Source of the DNA: Lama glama
Taxonomy: Eukaryota
NCBI GenBank assembly: GCA_028534125.1
Contig: CM052826.1
Coordinates: 22,258,001-22,322,000 of the forward strand
Direction of reading: 5' to 3'
Length of the DNA: 64,000 bases
The notes beneath the pieces were generated by a model that was not told the origin of the DNA, did no database searches, and saw nothing but the letters and a program-made list of their open reading frames with translations. A program made the translations under genes and the position numbers. Positions 1-13,800 of the stretch are shown one piece after another (position 1 is the stretch's first letter; each line of letters begins with the position of its first letter).

Positions 1-489
1 GGGCACATGGGGGACCCAGGAGGCAAGTGTGCTGCTTCAGGGCAGTGGGGAGGTGGACCTTTTGGCTGGTCTGAGTCCAGGAGTCTGCTCAGCTCTCAGC
101 AGAGCCTGGGGGGTTGTTGGGCGCCTTCCAGGGGAGTTTCCCCTCCGCTAGTTCCACATGCCTTCCCGGGCCCGGCCGAGAGCCAGGCAGCACCAGTGCA
201 TTGGAAAGGGCACGTCCCTTTTCAGGCACCCGCGTTTGTGCTATGAGGTGTCTCAGATGTAGAGAGAGACATAAAGAATGACCAGCCCATAGCCGGGTGC
301 CCACAAGAGCGCAAACAAACGCAAGCAGTACTGCCAGAGCAGGAGGCCCCGCCCTCGCTCGGCCCCGCACGAGGGGCACCGCTGGAAGGCTCCGGCGTTG
401 TTTTGCAAGTTTGTCGCCCGTGTCCCTGGGAGCAGTAGCTCAGTATTTACTAATTCAGAGTCCAGGCGACTTTATAGCTCGGTACCACG

Positions 490-1015
490 TAGGTGGCGGG
501 AACTGATTGTTTTCCCATGATGGGCAGAGCACCTCCCACCCCCACTGGAGTGTCTCCACCCTCAGCCAGAACCTGCAAATGTGCCACCTTAGTTGGCAAA
601 GGGACGTTGCTTTTGGGATTAAAAACTTGGGCCTGGAGGGAGAGAGGTTGCCCTGGATTTCGAGGTGGGCCCAGTCAGCCCTCAAAAGCAGAACTTTCCC
701 CTGCCTGGTCAGAAGGAGACTCAGCGGCAGAGGAGAGAACCAGAGCGGAGGCGGCAGGAGAGGCCCGCCTTGCTGGCTGTGAGACAGGGGGAGGGGCCGT
801 GGGCCAAGGAACGGGGGCTCCTCTAGAAGCCAAAAAGGCCGGAAAGCTCTAGAGCACTCAGAAAGGCACGCAGCCCTGCCAACACCTTGGTCTTTGCCAG
901 GGAAGTCCACGTGGGACTTCAGACCTCTTTCAGATTTTCATGTTGTTTAGGAAACTTGTGTTTTGGGTCACTGAGTTTGTGGTAATTTGTTACAGCAGCC
1001 GTAGGAAACTCATAC
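490..1015 (+). mobile_element. MLT1-type (ERVL-MaLR) solo LTR, old
   Basis: Typical end 'cagccctgccaacaccttg...tttgtggtaatttgttacagcagccgtaggaaactcataca'; recognised by eye, boundaries approximate. Confidence 0.7.
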
Positions 1016-1793
1016 AGGTTCACACTGTCTTAAAGCCTCATCTGGATAGAGGTTGTAGCTCAGCATCGAAGGGGGGGTGTGCGCGTGCGTGCGCACGCAG
1101 GCGCGTGTGGTTCATCCTTCCTTAGCTCTCACCTCCAGCTGCATAGCTGAGGTCAGCAAGAAAACAGGACCGATTCACTTTGCCAAGTTGACTGACAGGT
1201 GCTGTGCTCAGAGTGGGCCTCCCACTGAGCTGTCTTCCATAGAAGTTGTTCCCTGGTTCCTGGAATCTCACCTTGGTGACTTAGTAGCTAGTGGACTGAT
1301 AGGAAATCCTCCATCCCCATAGTTTAACATCAGTTTGAAAACTGGCTCTGTGTTCAGGTTCTACCGAAGCAAGGAACGCTGTTGCCCTCTAGTCCCACAG
1401 TGCGGAGACGGCACAGTGGGGTTTCCACCTGCATCACTTCCCACCAGCTGTGGCAAGCGGTTGGCAGTTCTGGAGTCTGGTGGCACCACCTCCCCATCAC
1501 GGAGCCTACAGACTCATGCCAAACCCCTTCACTCACGCCCCCTCCCACCTTCAAAGAGGTATTTCAGAATCATGTCCTGGAAATATGTATGGAGGCCAGC
1601 CCTTAGCAACTCCTTCTGCGCTCGTGCAGACCCCATGTCCTCTGTCTCTGTCTTTCCTCACGTCATGTTCCTTTCTTCTTTTTCCATCCAAGTTCAAACC
1701 ATCCTTCAAAGCCAAGTCCAGGGACTTCTCGTGGCTGCCCCTTGGCTTCTTCCTGTGGGTTCCTTGTCATAGGTCCTTGTATTTTTTTCTTCA

Positions 1794-1795
<2 letters not shown>

Positions 1796-1834
<39 letters not shown>
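1796..1834. repeat. (TG)n microsatellite
   Basis: About 19 perfect TG units. Confidence 0.95.
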
Positions 1835-1836
<2 letters not shown>

Positions 1837-4800
1837 TATCTGTCTCTCTTTCCCTCTGCTATACCTAGCACATAAAATAACAAATATTTGTTGGATGAAT
1901 AAGGGCAGCTTTCTCAAAAGGGGGGAGCTGGCCTGCTGACTTTGACCCCAGACGTTCAGCCCCACCCCGATAAAGCAGGTCAGCTCAGGGCAGGAGAGTG
2001 TTCCAGACACGCATGGTGGCTTAGTGATTGAAATAGGGTGGATACAGTGACACAGGGTCCTGTGACAGGTGCTGTGTATGGAGAAACCAGGGATGACTCA
2101 CAAGGAGATGACCTGGACCTTGGCTTTATGAATTTGGGCCTAGGAAGGAGAAGGGAAAGAAGGATGCAGATTTCCCTGGCAGGCAGCCGGAGTGAGGCCC
2201 CCAGTGCTGGGGCCTCCAGGTCGCTAGCCTGCCCTGCTGTGTTCTTGTCCCTTGTCCAGGAGCCCAGACATTGCCTGTCTGTAGGTTCAGTCCTTCCAGG
2301 GGAGCAGAAGCTGCCCTGGGAGCTGGAGGGAGGCCCTGGCTGCTAGACCATCATCATCCGGGGAAGAGAGATTTGAATATTCATTCTTATGGGTGCTCAC
2401 TGAGGAAGTGGCAGCACCAGACACACATCACATGATGACAACAGAGAAGCAAGACCTGAGGGCAGGGCCGGTTTTCTCCTGCAAAAGTCAAAATAAAAAG
2501 GCATCACTGGGGAGCACCTTGAGTCGGCACTGCACAGCCTTGCCAAATGCGGCAGTACCCCCAGCTTACCAGGCATGGGGTCTCCTGTGCACAGAGCATA
2601 TGTGCAGCTTCCTGGGGGTGCACACCGGCATCTCCCTGAAGAACGGGAGACGGTGGCACATCGAGGTGGAGAGAGGGAGGGATATCCCGGGGAGGAGGGC
2701 GTGGTGCAGGATCATGTCAGCCAGGATCAAGGTAGAAAGCCACTCGGGGTATTGAGGGTCAGCCAGTAGACTGGGTCTGTTGGCTGGACAGAAGCAGGGG
2801 AGGAGGGGTGGCCTGGAGACTGGCAGGAGCCTGGGCCGGGGCATGAGGGAGTTTGTGGCCCATCCTCTTCCTTCAAACCCTGTCGTTTTACCTCCTGATG
2901 CTTCAACTCTTTCCTCCCTGCAAGTAGAGCTTCAGAATTGTGCATCCCAGCTGCCCATCAACAAATACACTTGGTGCCTCGAGCCTTCTGGAGTCTGGAT
3001 TATGATCCGTAGGAGCTTTTGGTACAATGGAGAGCTAGCACATCAGCCTGCTATCAACCCAGTTTTTACACAGGTCCCTCGTGGGAGGGCCTTCACTCCA
3101 GAGGCCCTGGTGTCCTTAATGTCCCCGTCATCCAGGCCCCTCAGTGTATCCTGCCTCTGAACCTCACCTGTGCATGGACACCACCTCAAGCTGCTTGCGT
3201 GCAGCCCTCCTGGCCTCGTTCTTTCCTTGGGATGCACATCAACCAGGGAATGGCAGGCTCGTCTTTGTAGAGCAGCTTGTAGTTCTTAAAGCCTGTTCAC
3301 ACCCGAGTCCCACAGCACGTCGTCGTCACCACGTTTGACAGTTGAGGAGACTGAGGCTCAGAGGAGTCCACATCCCTGCTGTAAGTCCCAGCGTGGTGGA
3401 CAGAGCTGGAGGCAGTACCGGGCTGCAGTCCAGACCCCATGGCTCCCTGGCGCCTGGCCCTGCCTGGGGACCTCGCGGGCACTCCCTGTTTTGGCTTGTT
3501 AGTTAACACACCTGGGGGCGTTCTCTCTGAGCTTCTAGAGGGCGGGGTCTCCCTACTGTGCGTCGTGCTCCCTGGCTGCTCATGGCAGCCAGCCCTGCCC
3601 ACGGGCAGTTAATGTTTGGGGGCAGGGTGCATGTGGGTAGGGAGGCGGGGCTCTCCTGGTTGCCGTGCTCAAATGAAGTTGATCCACAGCCAAGGAGTCA
3701 GCCCCTGAGAGCGCTCCTCCGGCTGTGGCCCGGGGAGGGGTCCCTGGGAACCTCTCAGTCTGGCCGCTCACCACCACTGGGGCACAGACAGTAACATAAG
3801 GGGACGTGTGTGCCAGGCCTCGGTGTGCGTCCTGAGGAGGGAGAGGCCCACCTGCTCTGTCACTGCAGGGTGGGTAGCAGCAGGGGGCAGGAGCAGTGTG
3901 CTCTGGTGCCCCCTGGCCGCCCCCTGTTAGTCTCCTTATCTGTGTGCTGAGGTTGGGCAGTGATTCTGAGATTCCTTCCAGCTCCAGGTTCCCAAGGCTG
4001 ACTTTGCAGGTTAGAAGCGCAGGTGTCCCTGGACAACTAGGGTGGGGTAGAGAGGGAGGAGCGGCTGTGCAAGGTGACAGAGCACCAGCATCTGACACGG
4101 GGCCATGTTTCGCAGTGCCCGTCACTAACCCTCAGGGAGCTGGTGTGCTGTGCTGAGAGCTGTTTACGGCTTCCTTCCCCTGGCTTGCCGTGTGCTGCCC
4201 CAGGATCGTGACCTGCCCAGGTGCTTCTGGTAGTCATGCCTGAAGAAGCTGGTCTCGGTGGCCCTGAGTCACCTGTTGTCACCGGCCTGGTGTGACAGGC
4301 AAGTGGTGGAGCCAGGTGAGGGTACATTCCTCAGCGCCCATTCAGCCTCTGTCTGGAGCTGTCTCACGGAGGAGCTCCATGGCCAAGCTCTGCCCTCCCC
4401 CCGGAGAGACTGGGTGTGTGGCCCCTACTGACTACAGCCCCGGCCCATTTTCAAGCCACTTCCCTTTGGCCTTCAGAACCTGTTTGCCTGTCAGCCTTCC
4501 TTTCCTGTGTCCTGTCTTCCCAAACTGCAGACCTGTCCACTTCACCAGGGGTTCCTGTCAATAGGAAACCACCCACTCCGGGAGTGGGGCTTCCCTGGAT
4601 GCGGGTCAGCCTGGGCCCAGGCTGCTCACGTTGTTTGCTTTGTAAATTTCCCCTTCGCTCTCCAGTGAGGGGGCCAGCTGGTGGGCAGAGTATCGCCTAA
4701 CCTGAGCTTCCCATAACTGACAGAAGATAAAGTTGGGGTACAGGGGTAGGGGCACTGTCATGCGGCTGGCTCCCTGGTCTGCAGCCCTCACAGCGCTTCA

Positions 4801-7800
4801 TCGTGGGCTAGTGCAGTGGGGTTAGGCCCTGTGAGGTCACGCCTCCCTCCTGTGGGTGCTCGCTATTGTTCAGCACTCCCTAGTTTCAGATGGTGTCCTG
4901 CGCACGGGTGCAGCAGTCACTTACTTGAAGTTCACAGTCCAGTGGGAAGAGAGCTGTAAACAAGAGGTCTTGAGAGAGTGTGAGGGGTCAGGGACAGCCC
5001 CTCTGAGGAAGGGATGCTGGGCGAGACCAGATGGGCAGAACCCAGCTGTGGAAGGTCTGAGGACAGCAGGGCAGAGGCTCTGATGTGGGACGAGGTGGGT
5101 GCCTTTGTGGAACAGCCTGGTCCAGGGTGAGGTTCACAGGGGGCCGGCCTGAGGGAGAGGTGTTAGTAATGTGATGGGAGAGGTGGCCAGCGGCCAGGTC
5201 ACTCCTGCCTGGGTAAGGAGGCAGGCGACAGAGAATCAGGAGGGCTTCCTGGTAAAGGTGGCTTCACATTAGACCTTTCAGAATGGAAGTGGTCTTAGAG
5301 ATGAGGGAGACAGCATCTGTGTTCCAGGAGGCAGGGGCTCTGGATGTCAATTGGTCGGTCACCTTAGCTTGCGATTGTTGGGGTGCACGGGCCCCTCCTT
5401 GAGACTTGTGCCCAGGTGTCTCCAGCCTCTTGTGTAGTAGGCCGCAGTGACGGTGTTGGATGAAGGGTTTGTTCTGGTGCTTTCCAGAGGCCCAGCAGCT
5501 CTGGGCCTCACAGGATTTCCAAACACCACGTCCTGTCTCTTCCTGAAGGGCTGCTCTTGCGTCAGCTCTGCCATTTACAAAAGATGAGTTTGCAAAACAC
5601 CTTATCATTTTCTTGCAGATGCGTAGCAGAATCTTGCTCTGCCGTCCCGCCTATAGATCTGTGGCCAGTAGCTCCCCCGCGGTGCACCCCAGCGCGCAGT
5701 GGTGCGGAGCGGGCGTGGCCCTGCCAACCGGGACTCCAGGGGTTTATTACCTCATTTGTTTGTGGGTTGGGTGTTTCTTTTTATAAATTTTCATCTGAAA
5801 TTGATTTTCCCAGTTGTGTGACATTCAGCCCTCTTGCCTCGCCCCCAAGATGAGAAGTTAAAGTGCATGGGGCCAATTTGCACCTAGGGTTTTCAGCTCC
5901 AGCAAGAGCTCCAGATGTGATTTGCTGGCATCTCGGTTGTTGGATAAAAACCCTTGGCACAGCCAGGGGCACCAGCTTGGATCAGGCCCACTTCAGAGCC
6001 ACTGGTCAGCAGGCCTTGCTCCCTCCACCTCTCCTGGAGGAGGCAGAATCCTGAGTCCCCACCCCAGTCTGTTGCCTGAATTCCTCAGCCGGGCCCTGTG
6101 GCTTTACCCTTACTTTCCCCAGTAGCATTTGGGGCAGGGGTAGGCTCAGTGAGGGCTGGGGCAGGATCCATCTGAGTCTTCCTGCATTGGTGGCACCATG
6201 GCCCGGGCAGGGTTCTGCATGAGCTGTGCCATTGATTTTCATAGAAAGCTCTGTAGTGTTCCAGGGGCTTTGGCTTCATGCCACCCTGGAGTGGTGGGTT
6301 TTGTGTGAGAGGCTGGAGTTCCAGAAGGCTCAGGGCACAGCCGGCCCTCTAACGCAGGTCTTCCACCTCCAGGCCAGTGTACTCAGCACGCTGTAGGGTT
6401 AGTCCTGAGCAGTCATCCCCCTTGTCACTGTCACTGTGCAGGAACAGCTGTGGTCCTCCTGACCACCTGTTCCCAGGGGCCTGGGATGTGGCTCCACACT
6501 TGCTGGAACACTTCCCCGGTCAAGCGGGAAGGGCAGGGTTTGCAGCCCAATCCTGAGCGCTGGCCTTTGCCTTCCCAGAACCCCTGACAGCCCTGGCCTG
6601 TCTCTGAAAATGAGGAAGCAAATCAGAGCTGCAGGGCAGCCTCCAGAGTGAGGTGATTTAAGACTTTGACGACTCCTGTCTGGCTTGGTGTCATGCACAC
6701 ACACACGCATGCACACTGCACTGCCTGGCCCTGGGCAAGGCACATCACCTCCTGGGGCCTTAATTGGCCCCTTTTATAAGGAGGAGATACCTCCCCAGAG
6801 GCCGTGGCTGGGCAGAGTGGGTGCTGAAGGTCCCAGATGGCTCTTTCCCTTCCTCTTGGGGTTTTCAAGGATGACAAAAGGGCCAGCAAGGCAGTAGATC
6901 CAAGGAATAATGTAGTCTCTGCAGTGTTTCATGGCAACATTAAAAGATGCACATTTTGTGAGCCCTCCTCGGCTCAGCAGTCCTCCTCCCCCTGCAAGCC
7001 CAAAGCGCTTCAACTAGAGCTAGCTTTCCACAGCAGAGAGGATGTGGAGCCCTCACAGTACCCAGGAGGGCCCACTTCCTCCCCCAGATCCTACGAGATT
7101 AACTGGGAGGCTGGTTAACAATGCATGAAAACAGGGGACGGTTCTGTGTGCTCCTGCTTCCCTTTGCAGCCACTCAGCGTCTTAGGAGGAATCCCAGGAC
7201 CAGCGATCATTAGAGTCAAGCCTGGGCCAGCGCTGGGCAGGTGCGGTGGGGGGAGCCCAGAGGAGGCGGAATTAGGAGCTGTGGTGCCCTGACCCAGGCC
7301 CCCGTCCCACCACAGAGCACTGGGAGGGCACTCAGGCCCGTGGCTTCTGGCCAGATGGGCTGCGAGGAGGAGGGGGGATCCCTGCTGTGGCCAGCCAGGC
7401 CTCCCGCGGCCGCAGCCTACACTCAGCCAGCCTTCTTCCCCCACTGGCCACGTGGAGCTCAAGCTAGGCAGGAAGTGAGTTCTTTGTCACACCGTCTCCA
7501 AGGACTGCTGCGTCATCTTGGGGAGGGGAGGTACTTTTCTCAGAGACCTTAGGCTGTCTTCATGGCTTCCTTCCACTCAGCTGGGCCTGGAGCAGGAAAA
7601 GGCACCCCACATCCCCCTGTGTCTGCCCAGCCCCTCACTCTTCCTCCAGCCTTGGGTCCTTCTGAGCTGCCATACCTATGTTTTGTTAGCCGTTCTCTGG
7701 GAGGAACTGCCTGAAAGGAAGGGGCCTGGGCTATTGGTCAGATGCACTGTGTTGGGTGATGGAAGAGCAAGACACACGGGGTCCCTGCGCCCTGGGAGCT

Positions 7801-10665
7801 TGCCATCAGCTACAGGAGGAGAGCATAGGATGTGTGGCCGGCAGGTGAGGGAGAACAAGAGGAAGTCAGGCAGGAATTAGGCCAGTGCAGGGCTGACCCG
7901 CAGGGGAGGAGAGGAGCAGTCCCGAGATTGCAGGGCAATGGGCCCTGACGCACAGAGGATTCTGGACTCAGCCTGCGGAGGCTGCCGTGGGCTGGAGGCT
8001 GGGCAGAGCCCGGGGAGGGGAGGCCAGTGTGGAGGGGTTCCCGGGAGAAGTGAGAGAGTCCGAGCCAGGGTGGGGCAGGCCTGGTTCAGGCAAGTGGAGA
8101 GGCTTCCGGGGGTACACAGGGACCTTCGTGACAGATAGGGGCACTTAAAGCCAGTGGCACGGCCTGAGGCTCCATCAGGAAAGCAGTGTGATGGCGGCGG
8201 CGGGAGGTCTGGTGACTTTGTCGTCAGCCCGGGGCAGAAGGGGCAGCTCTCTGGGTGTCTGCCCTCAAGGGGCCTCTGGGTGCCGGTACCAAGATTCCGC
8301 ACAGCCTGCAGAAGCGGAGGTCAGTGCTTCGGGATGAGACCTCAGCTGCACCCCTGTTCCATGTCGGGAGTCTGTCCTCTGGCTGGCCACTGCCTGAGCA
8401 GTCACTGAGCGATCCTCCCTATCTGCCGGCACCACCTTCTCCAGTCATTTCCTCCCGACAGCTGGTCCCTGCTTTGCTCCCGGTGCCCGTGCCATGCCGT
8501 GAGCAGCCCAGACTTGGATTAAGCCAGGTGCGACTTTGAGAGGACTTTTCTCATGTGAGGGTTTCCCCCTCCCATTTCAGAAGCATGTGCCAGGCTGGGG
8601 AGCGGCTGCTGGGACTCACGTGCCATTCCGCTCACTGCCCACCACTCTAGCCCGGGGCCCTGCTCCCAAGCCAAGCAGTCCTGAGAGGGGCGGGACACCC
8701 GGAGGCGTTCGGACTGTGAGAGGCCAGGTCTGACCAAGGTCCCCAGGCTAGGCCAGGCTCCTCTCCACAGCAGCACGCCACCCCCGCCGCTCCTAGCTGG
8801 GAGACCCTACGCTGACTTGTCTGCAGTCTCGGGGACCTGAGGGGTTCTGCTTCTGAGCCAGTATCTCAGCTGCCAGCCCTAGGCCTGAGGTGCCACCCCT
8901 TCTACTGAGAGAACGCCTCAGGCTTCAAAGACAGTGCCCTCTTGCTGCCAGAAGTAAGTCCCAGATAAACTCCAGGCATGCCACACAGAGGGCATTTGTG
9001 CGTCCGTGTCTGCCCCTTGGGGCCGAATCTGATGGTTGTGGTGCCCGGTTTGAGGTTTCCACAGGAAAAGTAGCTTCAGAGGCCTTTCCTGCTTGATCAT
9101 TCCCACTGCTTCTGTTTACAAGGCTGCTTTTAAAAAAGAGTTTAGCTTTGATCCCTAGGAGGAGAGGAAGTATGTGCCTGGAGGCATGAAGGGCACCAGC
9201 AAATTTCAGAATTCCTGGTACACAGAAGGAATTGCTGACTTGTCAGGACACTTCCCTCTGTGGGGCTTAACAAAGGGGATGTGACTTACTCTCCGTCAGC
9301 TCACAAATATTTACAAAAGACCTATGACAGATGAGGTCTCCCCTGCTGCCAGAGCCCTCAGGCTTCCCACTGGACCATCTCCTTGGGCTAAGGAGTTTAT
9401 TTCTACCCTGATTCCTCCTGGTCTGGTATGAAGGTACATTTCTGTACAAATGGTGTTTCTAGTGGCCTTTACTTTGGTGGCACCTCACTCCTCAGGGCGG
9501 CAGTCCAGCCCCCACGCCTCGTGGCCTTTACTTTCAGCCACGTGGGAGCACCCCGCCCCTGGAATCAGAGCGCCACCCCTGTCAGCAAGCATTTCATACT
9601 CAAGGAACTCACAAGGGCCCAGGCTTTGGAAATCGTCCTAACATAGGGGCCATTGGAGGTTTCCGGGCAGGGACAGACATGTTTAAAGCAGGAGGCTTCA
9701 GGGCGGGTATATTGCATACATTACCTCCCCAGAAGTGCCCTTAGCTCGCCTTTCCAGAAAGAGTGTCCAGTTAACCAAAGAGCATACCCTGTGATGTCTC
9801 TGCCAGTATGTCTGAGTTGGGGGCACGGAGTGCAAGCAGAGAAAGGAGACGTGAAGAGGCCAGCGTCTTCGTGTATCGGCCACACAGCAGACCAGCCTGG
9901 GCTCTGCCCATGACCTGGGCTCTCTCAGTCACGAGACAGAAGACCTCAATGGAAACTAGAAGGGGCTGCTCTGAAATGTTGGCAAGCAGCTCCCAGATCT
10001 TCGGAGGCCAGCAGGGAGGGGAGTCACAGTTGGAAGGGATTTAGAAGCAATGCATCCATCCCTATGTCTGTCCCTCCCATCCCTGGGCTGTCATCCCTGT
10101 TCAGGAATTTCTCAGCCCTGCCTGTGATCATCACAGTTGCCTCTGGGGACCTCCCATGTCTGGGCGTCCTGCTTATGGGCAGTCTGCCTCCTCACGGCCC
10201 TCGGTATCCCCCACCCTTCTGGCCAGGCCCTGCGCAGGCGCCGGGCGTCACCCTTCCCTTACTGTCCAGTTCTCCAGGACCAGCCAGTCGAACAGCTCTG
10301 GGCACAGCCCCCAGTTCCTCCCTGGGTCTCCTCATCTGTAAAATGGGCACACCGGTCCCTCCCTGCGTCATCATTGCATAGAGGTGACAATCGGTGGCAG
10401 GATGTGTGGGAAGCGCCCACACTGTGCCTGGCACATCCGGTGGACCAGGAATGGCAGCTCTTGTGTCCTGAACCCGCGTCTCACCCAGAACACCGCCTGC
10501 CTGCCTGGCCAGCTCTGCCTGCTGGAACCCTGCCCTGTGGGGTCCGGCTCAGACAGCACTGGGCTCTGCAGCTCCGGGAGCCAGTCCCGCTGCCGTTTGG
10601 TGTGTTGGAACCTCCCTTGTAGCTCTTACTACTGTCGCCCTCCAAGTTGCTGTTCTCTCTGACTT

Positions 10666-10855
10666 CTTTTTTTTTTTTTTTAATATATTTTTATTGAAGT
10701 ATAGTCAGTTCGCAGTTTGGTGTCAATTTCTGGGGTACAGCATAATACTTCAGTCTTATAGGAACATACATATATTCATTTTCATATTCTTTTTCATCAC
10801 AACTTACTGTGAGGTACTGAATATGGTTCTCTGTGCTGTACAGTATAAATTTGTT
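10666..10855 (-). mobile_element. 5'-truncated L1 3' end
   Basis: Poly-T then tttattgaagtatagtcagtt...; resembles the reverse complement of 35068-35335; candidate TSD ttct(c/g)tctgactt. Confidence 0.75.
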
Positions 10856-13800
10856 TCTGTCTGACTTATCTCTCATCAGACAGCCAGACAGACCAGGACA
10901 GCTTCTGACATGACAGTGGGCTAGCGGGCCTCCCTTGACAGCGGTTGCTGATGGGGGTCAGAAGTGCTCACACCCAGGAGCCTTGGGTCACAACACCTCA
11001 GCAGGGGGGCGGTGGCCATTCACTGGCACAGACCTGAGGATGGTTCGTGCAGGACCATGAACCAGGGTGGCTGGGCCTGGACCCCTGAGGCACTTTCACC
11101 CCTGGGCCTGTGTCTCCATTGCCTTCTCCATGCCTTTTGTTCCCACCTGTCAGCCAGTGCCCATGAGGGGCTTCTCCCCGCTAAGCCTAGCCCTGGGCTT
11201 GGCCCTCACTGCCAAGGAGGGAGGGAGATGAGGGGGCTGCTCTGTAGTGCAGGGTGGGAAGTTTCACCCTAGCAATCACAGGCAGGCAGGGAGAAGTAAG
11301 CCAGGCAGAGGGCGGGAGGGGAAGCCAGGAGATGACAGGGGACCTCGCTGTTAAGCTGGGAGCTGGTCATGGAGCACAGCAAGTGGCCACCCAGAGTGTA
11401 ACCGCTGAACGAGGCACGAGGATGCTGAGCAGGACGTGCAGAGCATCCATCTCGGACCACGAGGCTCCAGGCGGCCTGGCTTTTCTCTCCACTCCTGGCT
11501 GCTCTGTGCCAGCTGCTTCCTGCTACATTTTTTTCTCTTAAACTCTTAATTCATCAAAGCCAATCCTCCACCCAGGTCACCAAGCCTGCAAATTGGCTGT
11601 TTATTTTCCGTGTCGTATTGATCAGGTTTCCCTGCCGCGATGATTCAATTACACGGCCTCTCATCGGTGTGTCCCACTTAGCAGGATTCAGGCTGCTCCT
11701 GCAGCTGCCCCGGCACGGCCCTGCAGACATGCCTGTCCAGTGCGGGGCCACCGTCTATCCCCCACCCCTCCCAGAGGGGCTGCCGCCCTGCCTGCTCTTG
11801 GTGCACAGCTCTTCTGTTTGTGGATTGTTCCACTGCGTGTTCTCTTTCTGTCCCACGTGTCAGACTCCTAGCTCCTCTCTCAAGATGGCCAAAGGTCTAG
11901 AATGCTGACGAGCGCCATCTTTGAGAGAGCAGCCCCCTCCTCCTACTGATCTTTATCATCAGTGCCCACGAGCTGCACGTGTGGGTAGAGGTCATGCAGG
12001 TGCTCAGGGATGAAGACCCACCTCCGTTCCAGGCTCGCTCATTCCCCAGGTGCCTGGGACAAGTGCCATCATCAGACATGTGGCTCCACTACGCATCAGT
12101 GGGAGAGCCTGAAATAGGCCGCTGTCTGCCTGTCACAGTCACCTGCGGGTGTGTTGCTGTAAGTAGGACTGTTCAGTGTCCACGTGGGAGCTGGGCCCAG
12201 GCCACCCTTGGGGAGCAGCCCGAGTGGGTCGACACTCGGGGAAGCACGCGGTGTGGGGGTCCTTTCACCCCCTTACCGGCAGTGAGCACCTGTACAGTCT
12301 AAGCTACAGTGTGAACTTGGGGGACTTGGAGTTGTGGCCCCCTCCCAACCTGGAGGTACTGCAGCCTGGATTGAGGGCAGGGCACGCTCTTCCCTCATGC
12401 CCTGGTTAGAGGTTAGAATAATACAGGGGAATCACCGGTGAAACCAGACCTACGGTGTGAGTCCCCTGTGTGGCCTCCCGGAGAGGCCCTGCTTGAGGGA
12501 GGGGCAGCAGAGGGAGCCCCCTGCGGGGCCAGAGGTGTGCTGCCTCAAAAGCGCAATGAAGTGCGCACTCCCCTCTGCGTCCGGTGACAAGCTAGCAATA
12601 CCACGATAGAGCCGTAGTCACAAAGGACAGACACAGGAAGGTGAGCACTCGGATGTGTCACAGAGCGGCACTCAGCAGTCACCTGCGGCTGGTCTCAGAA
12701 CCACCTGTGGACCCTGTGATAGACAGGTGCCCGGCCTCCCTGGAAAGGACCCCGATCTGGGCCTTTGTGAGACACACGGTCACTGAGCGCCTCCTGGGGT
12801 CCTCGCCGCTCCGAGGTGGAAACGAAGCCAGGTGTGCTGGCGTGGAGGGCCAGGCCAGGCTCTGAGAGGCCAAGAGCAGCCTCGCAAAGATCTGAGGCCG
12901 GCTGTGTGCGGCCTCTCCTGAAGCCGCTCGGCACTGTGAGCCCTGGGGAGTTAGGGGCACAGGGGTCTGCGGCCGCTCAGTAGATGCAGAGAGAAGAGTG
13001 GGCGTCAGTTCTCAGCCTGCCAGGCCCCTGCCAGGGTGGTGCCTCAGTTTACTCTCACGCAGCGTAGGAGCACCATGAGATTGTGGGGAGTTGGGGTGCA
13101 GACTGTACACACAGAGGTGTTCCTTCCACCATGGCTCCGTTGCTCTTGTCGGGCCTGAAAAGTTGTGTGCAAGGTCCTTGAGCAGGACTGCGTGTCGGGG
13201 TCCTGACCCCCCCCTCCACAGACAGGGCACCCCCACCCTCTGGCCTCACCAAGCAGTGTCCTGCCTGTGGAGTCTCCTGGGAACCCGTGTGGCTCCCAGC
13301 TGTGCCACAAATCCCCAGCCCCTCCCCGGGGCCCTGCCTGCCCCTCCCGGGGAGCCCCGCCCTCATCACTGCGTCCCTCCTCCGATGCTCTTACTGTGGT
13401 TGGCATGTAGCTTGTTTTTTCCCCACTTTACCCGTTTGGCCTTTTGTCATCCTTTCATCCACGGGTGCCAGTTCCAACGATTTGAGCCTTGGAGAGAAGG
13501 GAGGTGGGGTGACGGTCAGTTGAGGGGGACTAGAGCGCTGAGTTCCTGGGTGGGGGTGGGGCAAGGAGACTGGTAGGGGCCCAGATGTTCCCAGTGTGGC
13601 CCCCCAGGTGCCAGAGCAAGGATGGCCCCACATGGAGCTGCCTGTGGAGGTGTCAGGGCTCCAAGGGAGACAGAGAGGTGACACTCCTGGGGGGCCTGGA
13701 AGAGGCTGTGCGGTCTGCCCATGCCCTCTCCCTACAGAGGAAGGACGTGATCTGGCCAGCAGGGGCTGCTCCCTGGGAGTGCCCGTGACCCCTACGCTGA

